From Candidatus Latescibacterota bacterium (lineage in GTDB: Bacteria > Latescibacterota > UBA2968 > GCA-2709665), in assembly GCA_965226795.1 (NCBI GenBank), contig CBDDDZ010000005.1:2176001-2240000 (forward strand): 64,000 bases of DNA, given 5' to 3'. The notes under the pieces were generated by a model. It saw only the letters and a list, made by a program, of their open reading frames with translations. It was not told where the DNA came from and searched no databases. This document shows, piece after piece, positions 22,222 to 31,715 of the stretch (within the stretch, counting starts at the first letter, position 1; each line of letters begins with the position of its first letter). A program made the translations under genes and the position numbers.

Positions 22222-22524
22222 CTATCCCTCAGTCGCAACGAGACCCCAACGCCTGCTCATGCGTTTTAATTCAGGAAGACGTTCAGGCCAATTATGTAAA
22301 GTCGCCGGATCAAAATCGGCGCCATTCGGCCATACCAGAGTATGGACCTCTGGGTCAATCCGAACCTGATTAAATAACGATACATCGCGAAGTGGACCGA
22401 ATAACTCGCCTTTCAATATGGCATGGAAATCGATTATCTGTTCCGTTTCGTCGTCAAAACATACCCGAAGCGTATACGGCGAGAGTATTTCGAAAAACAC
22501 CACGCGAAATATTGGATGGTGCAT
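22222..22524 (-). CDS. DUF2442 domain protein
   Basis: LRVCFDD, GELFGPLRD..FNQV, TLVWPNGADFDP. Confidence 0.88.
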   Translation of the reverse strand: MHHPIFRVVFFEILSPYTLRVCFDDETEQIIDFHAILKGELFGPLRDVSLFNQVRIDPEVHTLVWPNGADFDPATLHNWPERLPELKRMSRRWGLVATEG

Positions 22525-22535
22525 GTCGATCTCCT

Positions 22536-22805
22536 TTATTGAAGAGGATCAATTTTGAAAGGTGCTCGACCCGATTGCAATCTTTCCCAATCTTCCAGTA
22601 ATTCTTCATGGTGCAGTTCTATCCAGGCCTCAATCCGGCGCTGTTGTCGCCGGGGAAGCTGACCGGCAATCATTTCAATTTCATCAATGGCATATACCCC
22701 AACGTCCCCTTGATAATAGGCGTGAAAATGAGGTCGGTGATGAGGCACATAAGGCTCAGCATACATGCGTATTATGATGCCGAAAAATCGGGAAACCTCG
22801 GGCAT
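22536..22805 (-). CDS. DUF4160 domain protein (partner of DUF2442, putative TA pair)
   Basis: MPEVSRFFGIIIRM..HHRPHFHA..ELLEDW..KIDPL. Confidence 0.9.
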   Translation of the reverse strand: MPEVSRFFGIIIRMYAEPYVPHHRPHFHAYYQGDVGVYAIDEIEMIAGQLPRRQQRRIEAWIELHHEELLEDWERLQSGRAPFKIDPLQ

Positions 22806-23128
22806 TTCAAGTCTCGCTGGTACGATTTGGAACAAACGCTACTGGCTTCCAGACATTGCCATACTGCCAACCTGGCTCAGCCGTCATCATCGCGTCCATT
22901 CCACTCCCGGCAAAACTCAATGGAAAGATAACACCCACATTCCCTACCACGGGCGAACTGACAATCGTCACGACATATCAGTTGATGAACTGGCGATGCA
23001 TTCCGTTTTTGATTCGACCCTGTAGAGAATCAGATAGCCGATTCCATTCGCGCTCGGCATACGCATCGAATTACTCTCGGACGGATTCGGTATTGTATGT
23101 CATTCGTAAGCTCCTACGGAATATACGG

Positions 23129-23641
23129 TTACGACCCGTTGACGTCCGCAAGCCCTTCGCGGCCCTTTCGAATGACGGCATCGATAAATCCGCCCTTTCC
23201 GGCCTGATAGGATTTTCGGTCTGATCCAGACCGATGAACCAGATCCTGTTTCAATCTCATATAATCTTCCGCAAGGCCGTGATTCGATCTCAGGCAGTCC
23301 CGGAACAGGATCGTTTGATTCCAATCCTTGCTTGTTTTTTCGAACATGTGAATGTGATGAGTGCGCGGCTCACCCTTCCGGAAATAGTGCCTTCGAGGGA
23401 TCCCGTTTTCGCCCTTGAATTCGTATCCGATCCCGGCAAGGGGCTCTATGCATACCCCGGCGCCCTCGAAGTCGTCGACAGCGATCGCGATGTTCAGGAT
23501 CGGCTTCGCGGACATCCCCGGGATCGACGTGCTGCCGACATGCTGGATATCGTCGACGAAATATCCTATTGCTTCATCGATATTCTCTTTCTCCAACTCG
23601 AACAGACGTTTCCATTCTTCCCGAAACGGAGAAATGGTCAA
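23129..23641 (-). CDS. GrpB (UPF0157) family nucleotidyltransferase-like protein; start uncertain
   Basis: IQHVGSTSIPGMSAKPIL, THHIH, FRDCLR, Y..LK..Y..GK; conserved LGLKRG lies upstream with no ATG. Confidence 0.85.
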   Translation of the reverse strand: MTISPFREEWKRLFELEKENIDEAIGYFVDDIQHVGSTSIPGMSAKPILNIAIAVDDFEGAGVCIEPLAGIGYEFKGENGIPRRHYFRKGEPRTHHIHMFEKTSKDWNQTILFRDCLRSNHGLAEDYMRLKQDLVHRSGSDRKSYQAGKGGFIDAVIRKGREGLADVNGS

Positions 23642-23668
23642 ATCTCCACGCTTCAGGCCAAGTAAGGG

Positions 23669-24121
23669 CTACTGGCTGAACAGTTCCGGGATATGGTCTT
23701 GGGTCAAGAAAGTCCGCAGTTCCGGATCCACCCTCGCCATGGAACGGTGGGTGATCCAGGAAAAGGCAAACACAACACCGGCTTCGGGGCCCACCGTTCC
23801 AATATGGTCCCATTTGTCCGGTAAATTGCAATCGGCCGCGAACAGGTAATCCGTCCTTTCCACTTCCGATTGAATATACGGTTTGAAGTATCGGGTCGTT
23901 CCAATCTTGCGAATGAATTGCAGGTTTTCGATCCCTGACTCTTCCTGGGTTTCACGGTGCGCGGCCTGAAGCGGCGTTTCACCGGCCTCGATATTGCCTC
24001 CCGGAAGCCGATAGAATTCGTAGCCGACGGATTTGAGCTTCAAGACCAGCAATTCGCATCTCTCAGCTGCGTTGCGTCTTATGACGACCGCGAAAGCCTT
24101 TTTCACCATGGGCACATTCAT
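23669..24121 (-). CDS. NUDIX hydrolase
   Basis: Nudix box GGNIEAGETPLQAAHRETQEESG. Confidence 0.9.
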   Translation of the reverse strand: MNVPMVKKAFAVVIRRNAAERCELLVLKLKSVGYEFYRLPGGNIEAGETPLQAAHRETQEESGIENLQFIRKIGTTRYFKPYIQSEVERTDYLFAADCNLPDKWDHIGTVGPEAGVVFAFSWITHRSMARVDPELRTFLTQDHIPELFSQ

Positions 24122-24196
24122 ATTGTCGCCACGAGTGAGAAAATGGGATGGGCGGAGCGCTGCGGCGTGATAATTGCGACCGCTTTCCTCCTCGCT

Positions 24197-24724
24197 TCAT
24201 AGGCCGAAAGCGACACGGATTTCCGCCAGCGTCTCCTCCGGCGTCTGACGGCTGTTGTCGATCACCGTTCCGATTCCCGGATCGATGTGTGGTGCTTGAT
24301 ATTGTTCGCGTATGCGGCCTCGTTCGAGATCGGACAGTTCGCGCTGGCCCCGGTCGGATATGGCTACTTCGAGGGGCGGCCGAAGCGTAACCGCGTGTAT
24401 GATTACGCCTGCATTTGCCGCTTCACGTTCGAAGAGCGCGTGTTCGCGTTGTGAAATCGGCCACGTAACCACGACATTGAACCCGCGCGAGAGCCAGTTT
24501 CGCGTCAACGTCAACGCATCTTCAAGACAGTAAGGGATTGCATCCGACAAGCTCAGGCAGTCGGCGAAATGCCGAAGGTCATCGACCTCGATGTGGACCG
24601 TCCCGGCCAGGTTTTCGGCCAGGAGCCGACCGATGGTCGATTTCCCGGCATTGATTGAACCGTTGATAAAGATCAGCATTGACCGTGGGCGAATATGCCT
24701 GTTCGGGTTTCCCGGCTCGGCCAT
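24197..24724 (-). CDS. P-loop kinase-like (AAA) protein
   Basis: LIFINGSINAGKST; start at ATG 24724 (coupled to upstream TGA) or at 24679. Confidence 0.8.
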   Translation of the reverse strand: MAEPGNPNRHIRPRSMLIFINGSINAGKSTIGRLLAENLAGTVHIEVDDLRHFADCLSLSDAIPYCLEDALTLTRNWLSRGFNVVVTWPISQREHALFEREAANAGVIIHAVTLRPPLEVAISDRGQRELSDLERGRIREQYQAPHIDPGIGTVIDNSRQTPEETLAEIRVAFGL

Positions 24725-25500
24725 CAATCGACGAGGCCCCAGAGACGCTGCCGCGCCTCGGACCAGTCCCGCCAATCCGGGTGCACGTGTTTGATCGCCG
24801 TCAGGTCGCGCGTGCGGCCGCCCGGCGGAAAATAGTTCCAGCCCATGGCGCGCCTCGGACCGGCCGCCGTCTTCAACCCCGTGGCGTGCCAGCAGGAAGG
24901 CGTCCACACCAGGGTCCACCTCGGATCGAGGACAACCTCGACCTCGTGAGGATGGCGGGCGAAGCATTGTGACGGTATCTCATCGTGTGTCCCGGTGGCC
25001 AGTTCGAGTTGCAGCAGCTCCGCCGCGACCTCCTCCTTCGGACGGTGCTGGCTGCCGGGCAGCACCCGCAGCGGCCCGTTGCTGGCGTCGTGGCGGTCGA
25101 GGGCCGTGCGGAAGGAAACCTGCCTGACTTCCGTACTGCCGTCCGCGTGCCACAAGACCTGCCGCTCACGCCGGCGGCCGCCACTGTCTGCCTTGGAGGC
25201 GTCGCCGATACCGCAGGCGCCCACGTGCACCTCCTCCACGCCCAGGATCCGCCGCGCCGCATCCACCAGGTCCTGGCGCTCCACCATCTGCAGCACCGGT
25301 TCGCCGATCATCAGGAACTGGCAGGCAAGCCGATTGCAGCCCGCGGGGAACTCCGTGCGCTCCCACTCCGGTTCCACTTCCTGCTGCCGGTTGTCGACCT
25401 GGCGCACGCCTTGCGCTCCCAGGGGATTCGGGACCAGGAAAAACCCGTTACGCTCGAAGTGCGCCAGCTGGTCGTCGCTGATCTTCAGAAGATTCTCCAT
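24724..25500 (-). CDS. PhyH family dioxygenase
   Basis: FERNGF, WHAD, NGPLRVLPGSQ, WH, R. Confidence 0.85.
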   Translation of the reverse strand: MENLLKISDDQLAHFERNGFFLVPNPLGAQGVRQVDNRQQEVEPEWERTEFPAGCNRLACQFLMIGEPVLQMVERQDLVDAARRILGVEEVHVGACGIGDASKADSGGRRRERQVLWHADGSTEVRQVSFRTALDRHDASNGPLRVLPGSQHRPKEEVAAELLQLELATGTHDEIPSQCFARHPHEVEVVLDPRWTLVWTPSCWHATGLKTAAGPRRAMGWNYFPPGGRTRDLTAIKHVHPDWRDWSEARQRLWGLVD

Positions 25501-25503
25501 AGT

Positions 25504-26580
25504 TCAAGCCCTCGTTACGGTTAGTTCTGCCAATTTGCCCTCATCCAGTTCGACGCCGAGGCCAGGTCCCTCGAACGGAGCCAGGTAGCTTCCTTCGGCC
25601 CGCACGCGCTCCCGTGCCGGCGAGGCGGTGTACAACAAGGGTCCCATCGGATCGCACGGCAGTTGGACCTGGGGAGAGGCGATGCCCACCGCCACCTGGG
25701 CACTGACGCCCAGCGTGGACTCCTGGTCGGTGCCGATCAGGCACGGCATGCCGGCGGACTCCCCCACTGCAAGGATGCGCTTGATATGAGTGGGTCCACC
25801 GCACACGCAGGCGACATTGAATGCCGTACAGGCGCCGCGGTCGGCCGCCTCCCAGGCCTGCTGCAGAGACCAGATATGCCAGGTCACCGGCAGGTCCACG
25901 CGTTTGGTAAACTGAGCGCTGGAACGCAGGTCGCGGGTCGGCTGCTCGAAGTGGTACGGATCGTGATGCCGCAGCCTATCGCCGTAGCGCAGCACCTCCT
26001 GCCAGTCGTGGAAGCGGCCCGAGAAGTCGATGGACTTCAGCCGGATCCGGTCGCCGTGCCTGGACTTCATTTCGGCGAGGAAGCGATCGTCGAGGTCCAC
26101 GTCGCCGGAGACGTAGTAACGGAACAGGTGGTGGCCGAGGTCGACCAGACGCTGCAGATAGGAGCCGGCACGCTCGAAGTCCTCGATCACCTGCCACCCG
26201 AAGATCGGGTAGCAGCAGTAGAGCGCGTCGCGCACCTTGCCTCCGAACATCTGGTACGCGGGCACGCCCTGGGCCTTGCCGTTGAGATCGTATAGCGCCA
26301 GGTCGACGGCGCTTGCCACGTGCGGGTCGGAGACGGTGCTGCGCCAGTTTCGGGCGCGGGCGAAGTCGTTGATCTCGTTGATGCGCCGGGCGTCACGGCC
26401 CGTCAATTGCTCGTTCAGTTCCCGCGCCAGGGCCGGCACGTCGGCGCACCGGCTGTCCGATGCTTCACCGAGGCCGACGGGACCGTCGTCCACATGCACC
26501 TTGATAAGCACGTGTCCGGAGACGTGCCCGTAGAAACGCGGCGTCTCGATCTGAATGACCTCGATGCTTTCGATATTCAC
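25504..26580 (-). CDS. Mandelate racemase/muconate lactonizing enzyme family protein
   Basis: GLGEA, AVDLALYDLNGK..GVPAYQMFGGKVRD, FEQP, GPGLGVELD. Confidence 0.9.
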   Translation of the reverse strand: MNIESIEVIQIETPRFYGHVSGHVLIKVHVDDGPVGLGEASDSRCADVPALARELNEQLTGRDARRINEINDFARARNWRSTVSDPHVASAVDLALYDLNGKAQGVPAYQMFGGKVRDALYCCYPIFGWQVIEDFERAGSYLQRLVDLGHHLFRYYVSGDVDLDDRFLAEMKSRHGDRIRLKSIDFSGRFHDWQEVLRYGDRLRHHDPYHFEQPTRDLRSSAQFTKRVDLPVTWHIWSLQQAWEAADRGACTAFNVACVCGGPTHIKRILAVGESAGMPCLIGTDQESTLGVSAQVAVGIASPQVQLPCDPMGPLLYTASPARERVRAEGSYLAPFEGPGLGVELDEGKLAELTVTRA

Positions 26581-26698
26581 GACTGTCTCCTGGCTCCGTA
26601 CATAATCACTTTATAGACAAAGCGGGAACTTACAAATCAGGTTCGGCAACACCTGTCGTTCCTTCGAAATAGGGACTCTCCAGGACAAGGTAGAATTC

Positions 26699-27271
26699 TT
26701 ACGCTGAATCGCCAAGCAGGAAAGTCAACCTCCTGTTGAACCGGAAACTCTCGTCGGGAACGACGTATTCCAATCGATCGCACAGGAAGGATCCCGATGG
26801 CGCCGTATCCTGGAGACGCGCGCAAAGCTGGAGGCTTTCGTCAATTGAAATGAACTCGGCAATCGTCATGTGTGGGGCAATGCGGCGTCTGCGATGCGCC
26901 TCGGCGGCGAAGCCTGACGCGCCGTGGAGGACATGTTTCAGGCGCTCGATCGGCTCTCGCGGCGTTATGGGATACGCGACACCGGCGTACCGCGTCGAGG
27001 CGTGCGGTTTGTCGTAACAGAGAGTGAACCGCTGGACACCGGAGACGACGCCGCGGATTTCGTCGGCAAGCGCGGGGGTCATTTCGCGGCTCAAGGGATC
27101 GGACAAAGAGATATGCGACGGACACCAGGCCGCCGAACGGGGATCATACCTGGCTCGCAGGAGGTCAATCTCCCGTGACACATCGGGAGGCGGCAGGATC
27201 AGAATGAGGCCCAACCGGTAGTTGCGTTGCCAGTCTTCCCACTTCGTCGTGTCCTCTACATACCTGATCAT
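26699..27271 (-). CDS. 2H phosphoesterase (2'-5' RNA ligase family)
   Basis: Two HxS/T motifs (HISL and PHMTI); LRARYDP. Confidence 0.85.
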   Translation of the reverse strand: MIRYVEDTTKWEDWQRNYRLGLILILPPPDVSREIDLLRARYDPRSAAWCPSHISLSDPLSREMTPALADEIRGVVSGVQRFTLCYDKPHASTRYAGVAYPITPREPIERLKHVLHGASGFAAEAHRRRRIAPHMTIAEFISIDESLQLCARLQDTAPSGSFLCDRLEYVVPDESFRFNRRLTFLLGDSA

Positions 27272-27603
27272 TCGCGAAGGACCGTAAGTACCTGCTCAAT
27301 GGAATTGACAAGCCGTTGCCTCGGGACGGCGCCAACCAGGCGATCCACGACGCGTCCATTCTTGAAGAGCAGGAGGGTTGGCAGGCTCTGAATTCCGTAC
27401 CGGACTGCCGAGGAATGGGAGGTGTCGAAATCCATCTTTCCGACTTTCAATCGCCCGGCGTATTCAACAGCCAGTTCCTTTACAATCGGATCGATAAGGC
27501 GGCAAGGCCCACACCAATTCGCGCCAACGTCGACGAGGACGGGCCGGTCTGAGGAAATGACCTCCGTTTCAAAGGTCGCGTCCGTGAAAGTAGCGGGTTT
27601 CAC
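27268..27603 (-). CDS. trxA: Thioredoxin
   Basis: WCGPC active site; YGIQSLPTLLLFKNG. Confidence 0.92.
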   Translation of the reverse strand: MKPATFTDATFETEVISSDRPVLVDVGANWCGPCRLIDPIVKELAVEYAGRLKVGKMDFDTSHSSAVRYGIQSLPTLLLFKNGRVVDRLVGAVPRQRLVNSIEQVLTVLRE

Positions 27604-27872
27604 CAGTTTCTCCTCCTCTCTCTGTGTGATTGCTCGTTTGGATCAAGGCGTGAATAAGCCGGAAAGAAGAAATCCGGTTCGATGGACTGAACCCTGCCAA
27701 GGTCGCACATCAGACCGATGTGCTGAGCATTTGGGGCAATCCTGCCGGTCTCCCATCGAGCAATGGTGGACTGGGGGACCTCCAGGATATCTCCCAACTG
27801 CTGCTGAGTCATCCCGACGGTCTGTCGAAACTGCCTGATCCGCAACCAATCGAACGGCACAAAAACCCCCAC
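27600..27872 (-). CDS. XRE family HTH transcriptional regulator
   Basis: IRQFRQTVGMTQQQLG..VPQSTIARWETG. Confidence 0.85.
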   Translation of the reverse strand: MGVFVPFDWLRIRQFRQTVGMTQQQLGDILEVPQSTIARWETGRIAPNAQHIGLMCDLGRVQSIEPDFFFPAYSRLDPNEQSHRERRRNW

Positions 27873-27882
27873 AAATTATATC

Positions 27883-27923
27883 ATATTTGCTATAAATATA
27901 GCAGAATATCTGTCGACTGTCAA
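27883..27923 (-). promoter_or_regulatory. Sigma70 promoter with an overlapping palindromic operator
   Basis: TTGACA-N17-TATATT on the minus strand; inverted repeat ATATTTGCTAT-N4-ATAGCAGAATAT across the -10 box. Confidence 0.7.
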
Positions 27924-28077
27924 TGACGATTTCGACCTTGACAGATTCATCCGCTTGGAATTGGACAGGCTGCAGAGGGGGTGGCGCTGTTCGCGCCTAT
28001 GCGGTGTCGTGATGCGCGTGCGTCGACAGGCCGGCGCGGGCGGTGGGCCGCAATGCAGTTTCTGTACGGACGCAGGA

Positions 28078-28818
28078 TCAGGCGCCTTGAGACTGCTCAC
28101 AAAACACGCCGGTACCGAACTCGACGAAGGATCCCACCTCGGTTTTGAGCAATTCAGCTTCACCTGGCGTCTCCCTGCCCTGGTAGGAATCCACTGCCGC
28201 GTCGATCAGCGGTTTCCATTCAGGAAACCGTTCACAAGTCCAGGCGCCACTGGAAAACTTCGACACCGCCACGTTCCGTTCCTGTACGCTGTACATGATC
28301 CGGCACATATTGAGGACACAATAGTCCGGGTATCGCAGGTTCTGCTCGATGAACTTCAACTCGTGCTTGAGAGCGGTCAAAATTTCGTCCCAGGATGGCG
28401 CCGGGAAGATCTCCTTTGGGGGCGGACCGTAAAGCGTAATATAGCGTCCGGCCCTGACGTGCGCGCAATGCAATGCCCACGCTTCGTCCCGCATATCGGG
28501 CTGCAACTGGTGGACGGGCGGACGCGTCTCCAGGGCATCCTCGCGCAGTACGAGATAGGCATCCAATTCACCGCCCAAAGGCGGAAAACGGCCCGAAAGA
28601 TCTCTCTGCAATTGAAGAATTGCGTCTTTTTCCCGGCCATTCAGCCGTCCTTCCAGGATCACGTGACAGTCGATATCCTGTACAACTCCCGAGTCCGGAA
28701 ATACCGATGCGCCATACATGTAAATGCCATGCAAATTCGTATCGAGGATATCCGCAAGACCCCTGACGAAGGCCTGGCAGACCTCGCGGACAGATGCGGG
28801 TAATTGGGCGAATTTCAT
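28078..28818 (-). CDS. Aminoglycoside adenylyltransferase-like nucleotidyltransferase (DUF4111)
   Basis: GIYMYGA..DID, LYGPPP, YCVLNMCR, VSK..G.W. Confidence 0.85.
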   Translation of the reverse strand: MKFAQLPASVREVCQAFVRGLADILDTNLHGIYMYGASVFPDSGVVQDIDCHVILEGRLNGREKDAILQLQRDLSGRFPPLGGELDAYLVLREDALETRPPVHQLQPDMRDEAWALHCAHVRAGRYITLYGPPPKEIFPAPSWDEILTALKHELKFIEQNLRYPDYCVLNMCRIMYSVQERNVAVSKFSSGAWTCERFPEWKPLIDAAVDSYQGRETPGEAELLKTEVGSFVEFGTGVFCEQSQGA

Positions 28819-28871
28819 AGGGCACACGGGCGTGATGACGAGCCCGTCGGAATACCTCTGGCAGCATCCGG

Positions 28872-28959
28872 TTCTAAGACGCCTGACGCTGCCTTCCGCC
28901 GGACGCAACGACGGGCGTTGAAATATAGGACGGCGTAGTGGCAACCGGTTGTTAACAGC
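28872..28959 (-). repeat. Degenerate attC-like site
   Basis: Inverse core GTTAACAGC (28951-28959) matches the cassette-start core at 29823-29831; the other arm is decayed. Confidence 0.5.
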
Positions 28960-29046
28960 TGTTGCGCCCCAATGGGTGCGGCTGGGTCAAGTCAGCCCTA
29001 TGGAGCGAATTCGGTCACTGTAGTGCCGCTCAAAAGCAGTTCGAAT

Positions 29047-29799
29047 TCAAGATATTCCCCACGCCTCTCCTCGTTTTTCCATCGAGTCCACGACGACGGA
29101 GCCGAAGCCAAAGGCCACATAGTGGCGAAGGTCTGAAGTATCCGCCTCGAAGAACCCTGAGTCCCTCAGACGCGAAAACAATCGAAAGGCTGGCCAGACT
29201 GGATTGTGAAGCAACACGCCGACCAGTATCTCTTTGCTTCCCAGGAACGCTTGTTCAAAATCGATGAACTTGTATACGACGCCATCCCGCAGGAACAGAT
29301 TCCCCGGATTCCAATCCAGTTTGATCAACAGCTCGTCCGAAAGCTCAACTTTCGCAACCTGCTCGCTGAGTTCGTGGAAAAGCGGAGCGCAATTGTCGCC
29401 ATTGGATGCCAGCCGAGACAAACTTTCATGTAGCGAGGCGAGAGTCTCATCCGCCCCCCGCCCTTCGAAATACTGGTCTTTCAAGTCCGAACAAGGTGCT
29501 GACGCGTCGAATAAATGTGCGATCTGATCGACGTAACTATCGGTCAGCATGTTCAAATCGTCAGTGGTCAGATCTACGTCGTGCATCAGGTCGCCGGTCA
29601 CGTGCTCGACTACGATGAAGGCGTCCGGACTCGAATCCAATAAGGTCGGAATCAGCTGAGACCTACCATAGTGCCGGTAAAAACCGACCTCACGCCTGTA
29701 CCTGCCGGCTGGGTCGCCATTCTGATTGTAGGTCTTCCTGACTGAACCGTCAGGCAGATAGTCGATCTGGCTCTTGCGGCACGGACCTGGCGGCTTCAT
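29047..29799 (-). CDS. Kinase/phosphotransferase-like cassette protein
   Basis: VRK, RE..FY, DWNPGN, FIDFEQ; lies between attC-like cores. Confidence 0.7.
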   Translation of the reverse strand: MKPPGPCRKSQIDYLPDGSVRKTYNQNGDPAGRYRREVGFYRHYGRSQLIPTLLDSSPDAFIVVEHVTGDLMHDVDLTTDDLNMLTDSYVDQIAHLFDASAPCSDLKDQYFEGRGADETLASLHESLSRLASNGDNCAPLFHELSEQVAKVELSDELLIKLDWNPGNLFLRDGVVYKFIDFEQAFLGSKEILVGVLLHNPVWPAFRLFSRLRDSGFFEADTSDLRHYVAFGFGSVVVDSMEKRGEAWGIS

Positions 29800-29824
29800 T
29801 GACTGCCCTCGCAAGCGCAATTGC

Positions 29825-29910
29825 TGTTAACTTTTTCGCCGCGCTCGAACCTCACATCGGTTGGGCGAAGGCGCGCATACACCCAGGCAGCGGGCACGGG
29901 CACGTTTTGC
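29825..29910 (-). repeat. attC-like site
   Basis: TAAC..GCCGCGCTCGAACC..GGTTGGGCGAAGG..CGGGCACGG..GTT; same family as 35678-35758. Confidence 0.7.
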
Positions 29911-29935
29911 AGTCGAGCTCCATCGCCTCCTTGAC

Positions 29936-30868
29936 TCAGAAGTGTGCGATGGGCTTCATCAGAACCGTCCACAGACCCGACATTCCGAAAAGTCCGGCTT
30001 CATCAGGTTGAACGGTCATGGGCTGAAACTCAGAAATCTCGAAATGGTGTTGCATAATACGCCTCAGGCTATCTTCGAAGTAGCCAATTCCCGGCGGTAT
30101 TTTCCCTTTTCGTATACCTCCCGGTCCTCCACGGGTCGCCAGACATAGCACCCTACACCCCGCCAAATCGCCCAGGATTCCTTCACGGTTATCGGCGATT
30201 TGGACAGCACGATCTTCCGTCAAGTCGAGAACGGGACGTGAACAAACAATCCCCGCTTCCGCGAGTGCCTCCCACTTGAAGATTTCAAAACCTGCTGTCT
30301 CGACTTCCTGAACCAGACTCTCTGGCAAACCCCAGTAACGCGTTGCGATCCCATTCTCTATTTTGCATCGGGTCACAGGATCAAACGGATAATCTGCCTC
30401 CTTTGGCTCACCGCATTTTGACATGACGATGAATAACCCCTGAGACTTCAGTACACGATGAACATTCTTCAAGAACGCAATGCGGTCTTCGCCGATGATA
30501 CAATGCAGGCAAAGGGCATCTATGATCACGTCGAAAAACCCATCCTGATAGGGTAAATCGAGGACGTTCCCAACTCGGAAATCCGCTCTCAAATTCTGTT
30601 CCTCGCGCTTCTCCTCTGCCCAGGCGATCGCCGTTGGAGAGATATCGATTCCATAGGTTTGAAAGCCCTTCTCTGAAAGTAGCAGAGAAAGATCGCCGGC
30701 GCCACATCCTAACTCAAGCAAAGTTGCCGATTCCAACTGCTGCGAGACATTGGTCACTTTCGCAAACGAATCCTGATAGAGTTCCGGTGTATTATATCCT
30801 GAAGCACCCTGTTGCCTGAGTTTTTGGAATTTCCTCTCAAAAACCCCTGGATAGTCAGTCTTCAACAT
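29936..30868 (-). CDS. Class I SAM-dependent methyltransferase, probably with a chimeric C-terminus
   Basis: LLELGCGAG, GIDISP, FDVIID..CLHCI; later segments resemble other methyltransferases. Confidence 0.8.
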   Translation of the reverse strand: MLKTDYPGVFERKFQKLRQQGASGYNTPELYQDSFAKVTNVSQQLESATLLELGCGAGDLSLLLSEKGFQTYGIDISPTAIAWAEEKREEQNLRADFRVGNVLDLPYQDGFFDVIIDALCLHCIIGEDRIAFLKNVHRVLKSQGLFIVMSKCGEPKEADYPFDPVTRCKIENGIATRYWGLPESLVQEVETAGFEIFKWEALAEAGIVCSRPVLDLTEDRAVQIADNREGILGDLAGCRVLCLATRGGPGGIRKGKIPPGIGYFEDSLRRIMQHHFEISEFQPMTVQPDEAGLFGMSGLWTVLMKPIAHF

Positions 30869-30955
30869 TTGTTGCTCGCCTCGGAGAAATACGTGAGGGA
30901 TAGCGGGGCCATTGCCTCTTCATATCCTAACTACAAATCCCAAATCTGCCGTGGC

Positions 30956-31022
30956 ACATAACGTTTCACCGTTGGCGAACCTTACGCAGCTTGGTTGAAA
31001 GAGGTAAAGCCGCGGGTTATAT
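30956..31022 (-). repeat. attC site
   Basis: Minus strand ATATAAC (holds the GNAT stop codon) ... GTTATGT; shared CGAACC..GGTTG core. Confidence 0.75.
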
Positions 31023-31547
31023 CGGCATTCGTAAGGAAGAAAGGTCACGCCTGAAGCGAATTTGACGTCCTTCATCTCGAACCCCACCATCACGGCGCCA
31101 CCCCATGGCCTCGTAGAAAGCGATTCCTCGCTCGTAACCTTCTACGCTCCACAGTATCGCCTTATCGTAGCCGTCTATAACCAGAAAGCGTAAAGCGACA
31201 GACGCCAATGCCTTGCCAACGCCTGTGCGCCAGTACGACGGATCGACTGCAATGGTATCAAGTTCACCCAGATGAACATCTTCCGGATCTCGGCTGGGTC
31301 CGATGCCGACGAACCCTACAGTAGAACCCCTACGCTCGGCTACCCACCAACGATGTGGGACAGCCTGACCAAGATCATGTCGCCAGCGCTCAGCAAGGGA
31401 TGGCGTCACAGTTCTATCGGACTGCGACAGCAGTGCGCCAAATCCGGCATTCCACGAATCGACATAAATCCGTGCTGCAATATCGGCATCAGCGGCCGTA
31501 GCCGATCGGATCGTTGGTGGTAATTCTCGTGTTCTGTTCGGTCTCAT
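31017..31547 (-). CDS. GNAT acetyltransferase (cassette gene)
   Basis: IRSAT..D..IARIYVDSW, VDPSYWRTGVGKAL, FYEAMGW. Confidence 0.9.
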   Translation of the reverse strand: MRPNRTRELPPTIRSATAADADIAARIYVDSWNAGFGALLSQSDRTVTPSLAERWRHDLGQAVPHRWWVAERRGSTVGFVGIGPSRDPEDVHLGELDTIAVDPSYWRTGVGKALASVALRFLVIDGYDKAILWSVEGYERGIAFYEAMGWRRDGGVRDEGRQIRFRRDLSSLRMPI

Positions 31548-31577
31548 CTGATTGCTATTGTTTCTTCATCCAATGTC

Positions 31578-31640
31578 ACATTACGTCCCGGAGTGCCCGA
31601 ACCTGCGCAGCAGGTTTGTCTGGAGCGAAGGCGGGCAATC
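31578..31640 (-). repeat. Degenerate attC-like site
   Basis: ACATTACGT..GTGCCCGAACCTGCGCAGCAGGTT..GCGAAGG matches the family; core mutated. Confidence 0.55.
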
Positions 31641-31715
31641 AATGATATTTGAAATAAAGAATCTTCTGTATCGGATGTTCCCTCGAACGTCTGATTTACG
31701 TGGCGAATGAGAGCG

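Noticed and set aside
9745..23671. Genome-wide TAG recoding suggested by two in-frame TAG codons
   Set aside because: Many intact genes end in TAG (e.g. 4908, 6732) and no pyl genes or suppressor tRNA are visible; pseudogenisation is common here
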